Translations under genes and position numbers: made by a program
Part shown: positions 63,742-64,000 of the stretch, piece after piece
Numbering within the stretch: position 1 is the stretch's first letter
Layout of the letters: each line of letters opens with the position of its first letter
Origin: Glaucostegus cemiculus
Taxonomy: Eukaryota
Assembly (NCBI GenBank): GCA_976551045.1
Contig: CDPCPM010000073.1
Span: forward strand, 31,620,001 to 31,684,000
Length of the DNA: 64,000 bases
Direction of reading: 5' to 3'
Notes under the pieces: model-generated
What the model was told of the DNA's origin: nothing
What the model saw: only the letters and a program-made list of their open reading frames with translations
Database searches by the model: none

Positions 63742-63873
63742 AGAAAGTACACTAAGACCATTTCTTTCAGTGTTACACCACTTGATCACAAGCTTATCCT
63801 TAAAAATTATCATGGTTAACCCAGTAAATGACCTTGGTTTCTTAAGCACTTGATTAAAAATGTAACTACTTAC

Positions 63874-63953
63874 TGGTCTTCTGTTCCAAAGAATTTTACA
63901 AAGAAGCACTTTTTCCCCCGTGGTTTCTTTAGATCTTTCGGCGGATTTACAAT
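63874..63953 (-). CDS. GLYR1: GLYR1 exon 3 ([27 protein letters not shown]; PWWP)
   Basis: 80 nt, aag / gtaagt; CA+T makes His across the intron. Confidence 0.97.
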
Positions 63954-64000
63954 CTTCAAACAAAACAAAAGTTCAAACATTGTAAACTGGTTATAAAGAA

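Larger units (their letters stand above)
32050..63953 (-). other. GLYR1: GLYR1/NPAC gene span, exons 3-16 (PWWP, AT-hook, LSD2-binding linker, inactive beta-hydroxyacid dehydrogenase domain); 5' end outside the window
   Basis: 14 exons with GT-AG sites and matching phases give 479 aa in frame; peptide follows human GLYR1 as recalled. Confidence 0.97.

Noticed and set aside
1-64000. Prokaryotic-type systems (CRISPR arrays, operons, defence islands) and U12-type introns
   Set aside because: The sequence is intron-rich vertebrate DNA with no repeat-spacer arrays; all donors found are ordinary GT sites without the GTATCCT signature

Overview
AT-rich eukaryotic (vertebrate) genomic DNA. The repeat content (HE1/V-SINE-type SINEs, abundant CR1, Penelope-derived repeats, Rex-Babar, RTE, L1/Tx1) points to a cartilaginous fish, probably a ray (inference). 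I reconstructed three genes by hand from splice sites. (1) The last coding exon of the microprotein gene SMIM22 (+, 996-1043, ...GVDNLALEP*). (2) A complete 11-exon ROGDI (-, 26035->7928, 284 aa, all introns GT-AG, phases consistent). (3) GLYR1/NPAC exons 3-16 (-, 63953->32050, 479 aa in window; exons 1-2 lie beyond the right edge). As I recall it, the SMIM22><ROGDI<GLYR1 order matches human 16p13.3. Most entries in the ORF track are spurious or transposon-derived. The most notable non-genic signals are: degenerate hammerhead-ribozyme cores in Penelope-LTR-derived fold-back repeats; a multi-step templated-insertion scar at 49484-49550, with a second simpler one at ~37535; V-SINEs with two different LINE-derived tails; and an L1/Tx1 fragment with an intact 12-bp target-site duplication. 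There is one assembly gap (40124-40252). I found no convincing wholly novel gene system. Reference-protein comparisons are from memory, not from a search.
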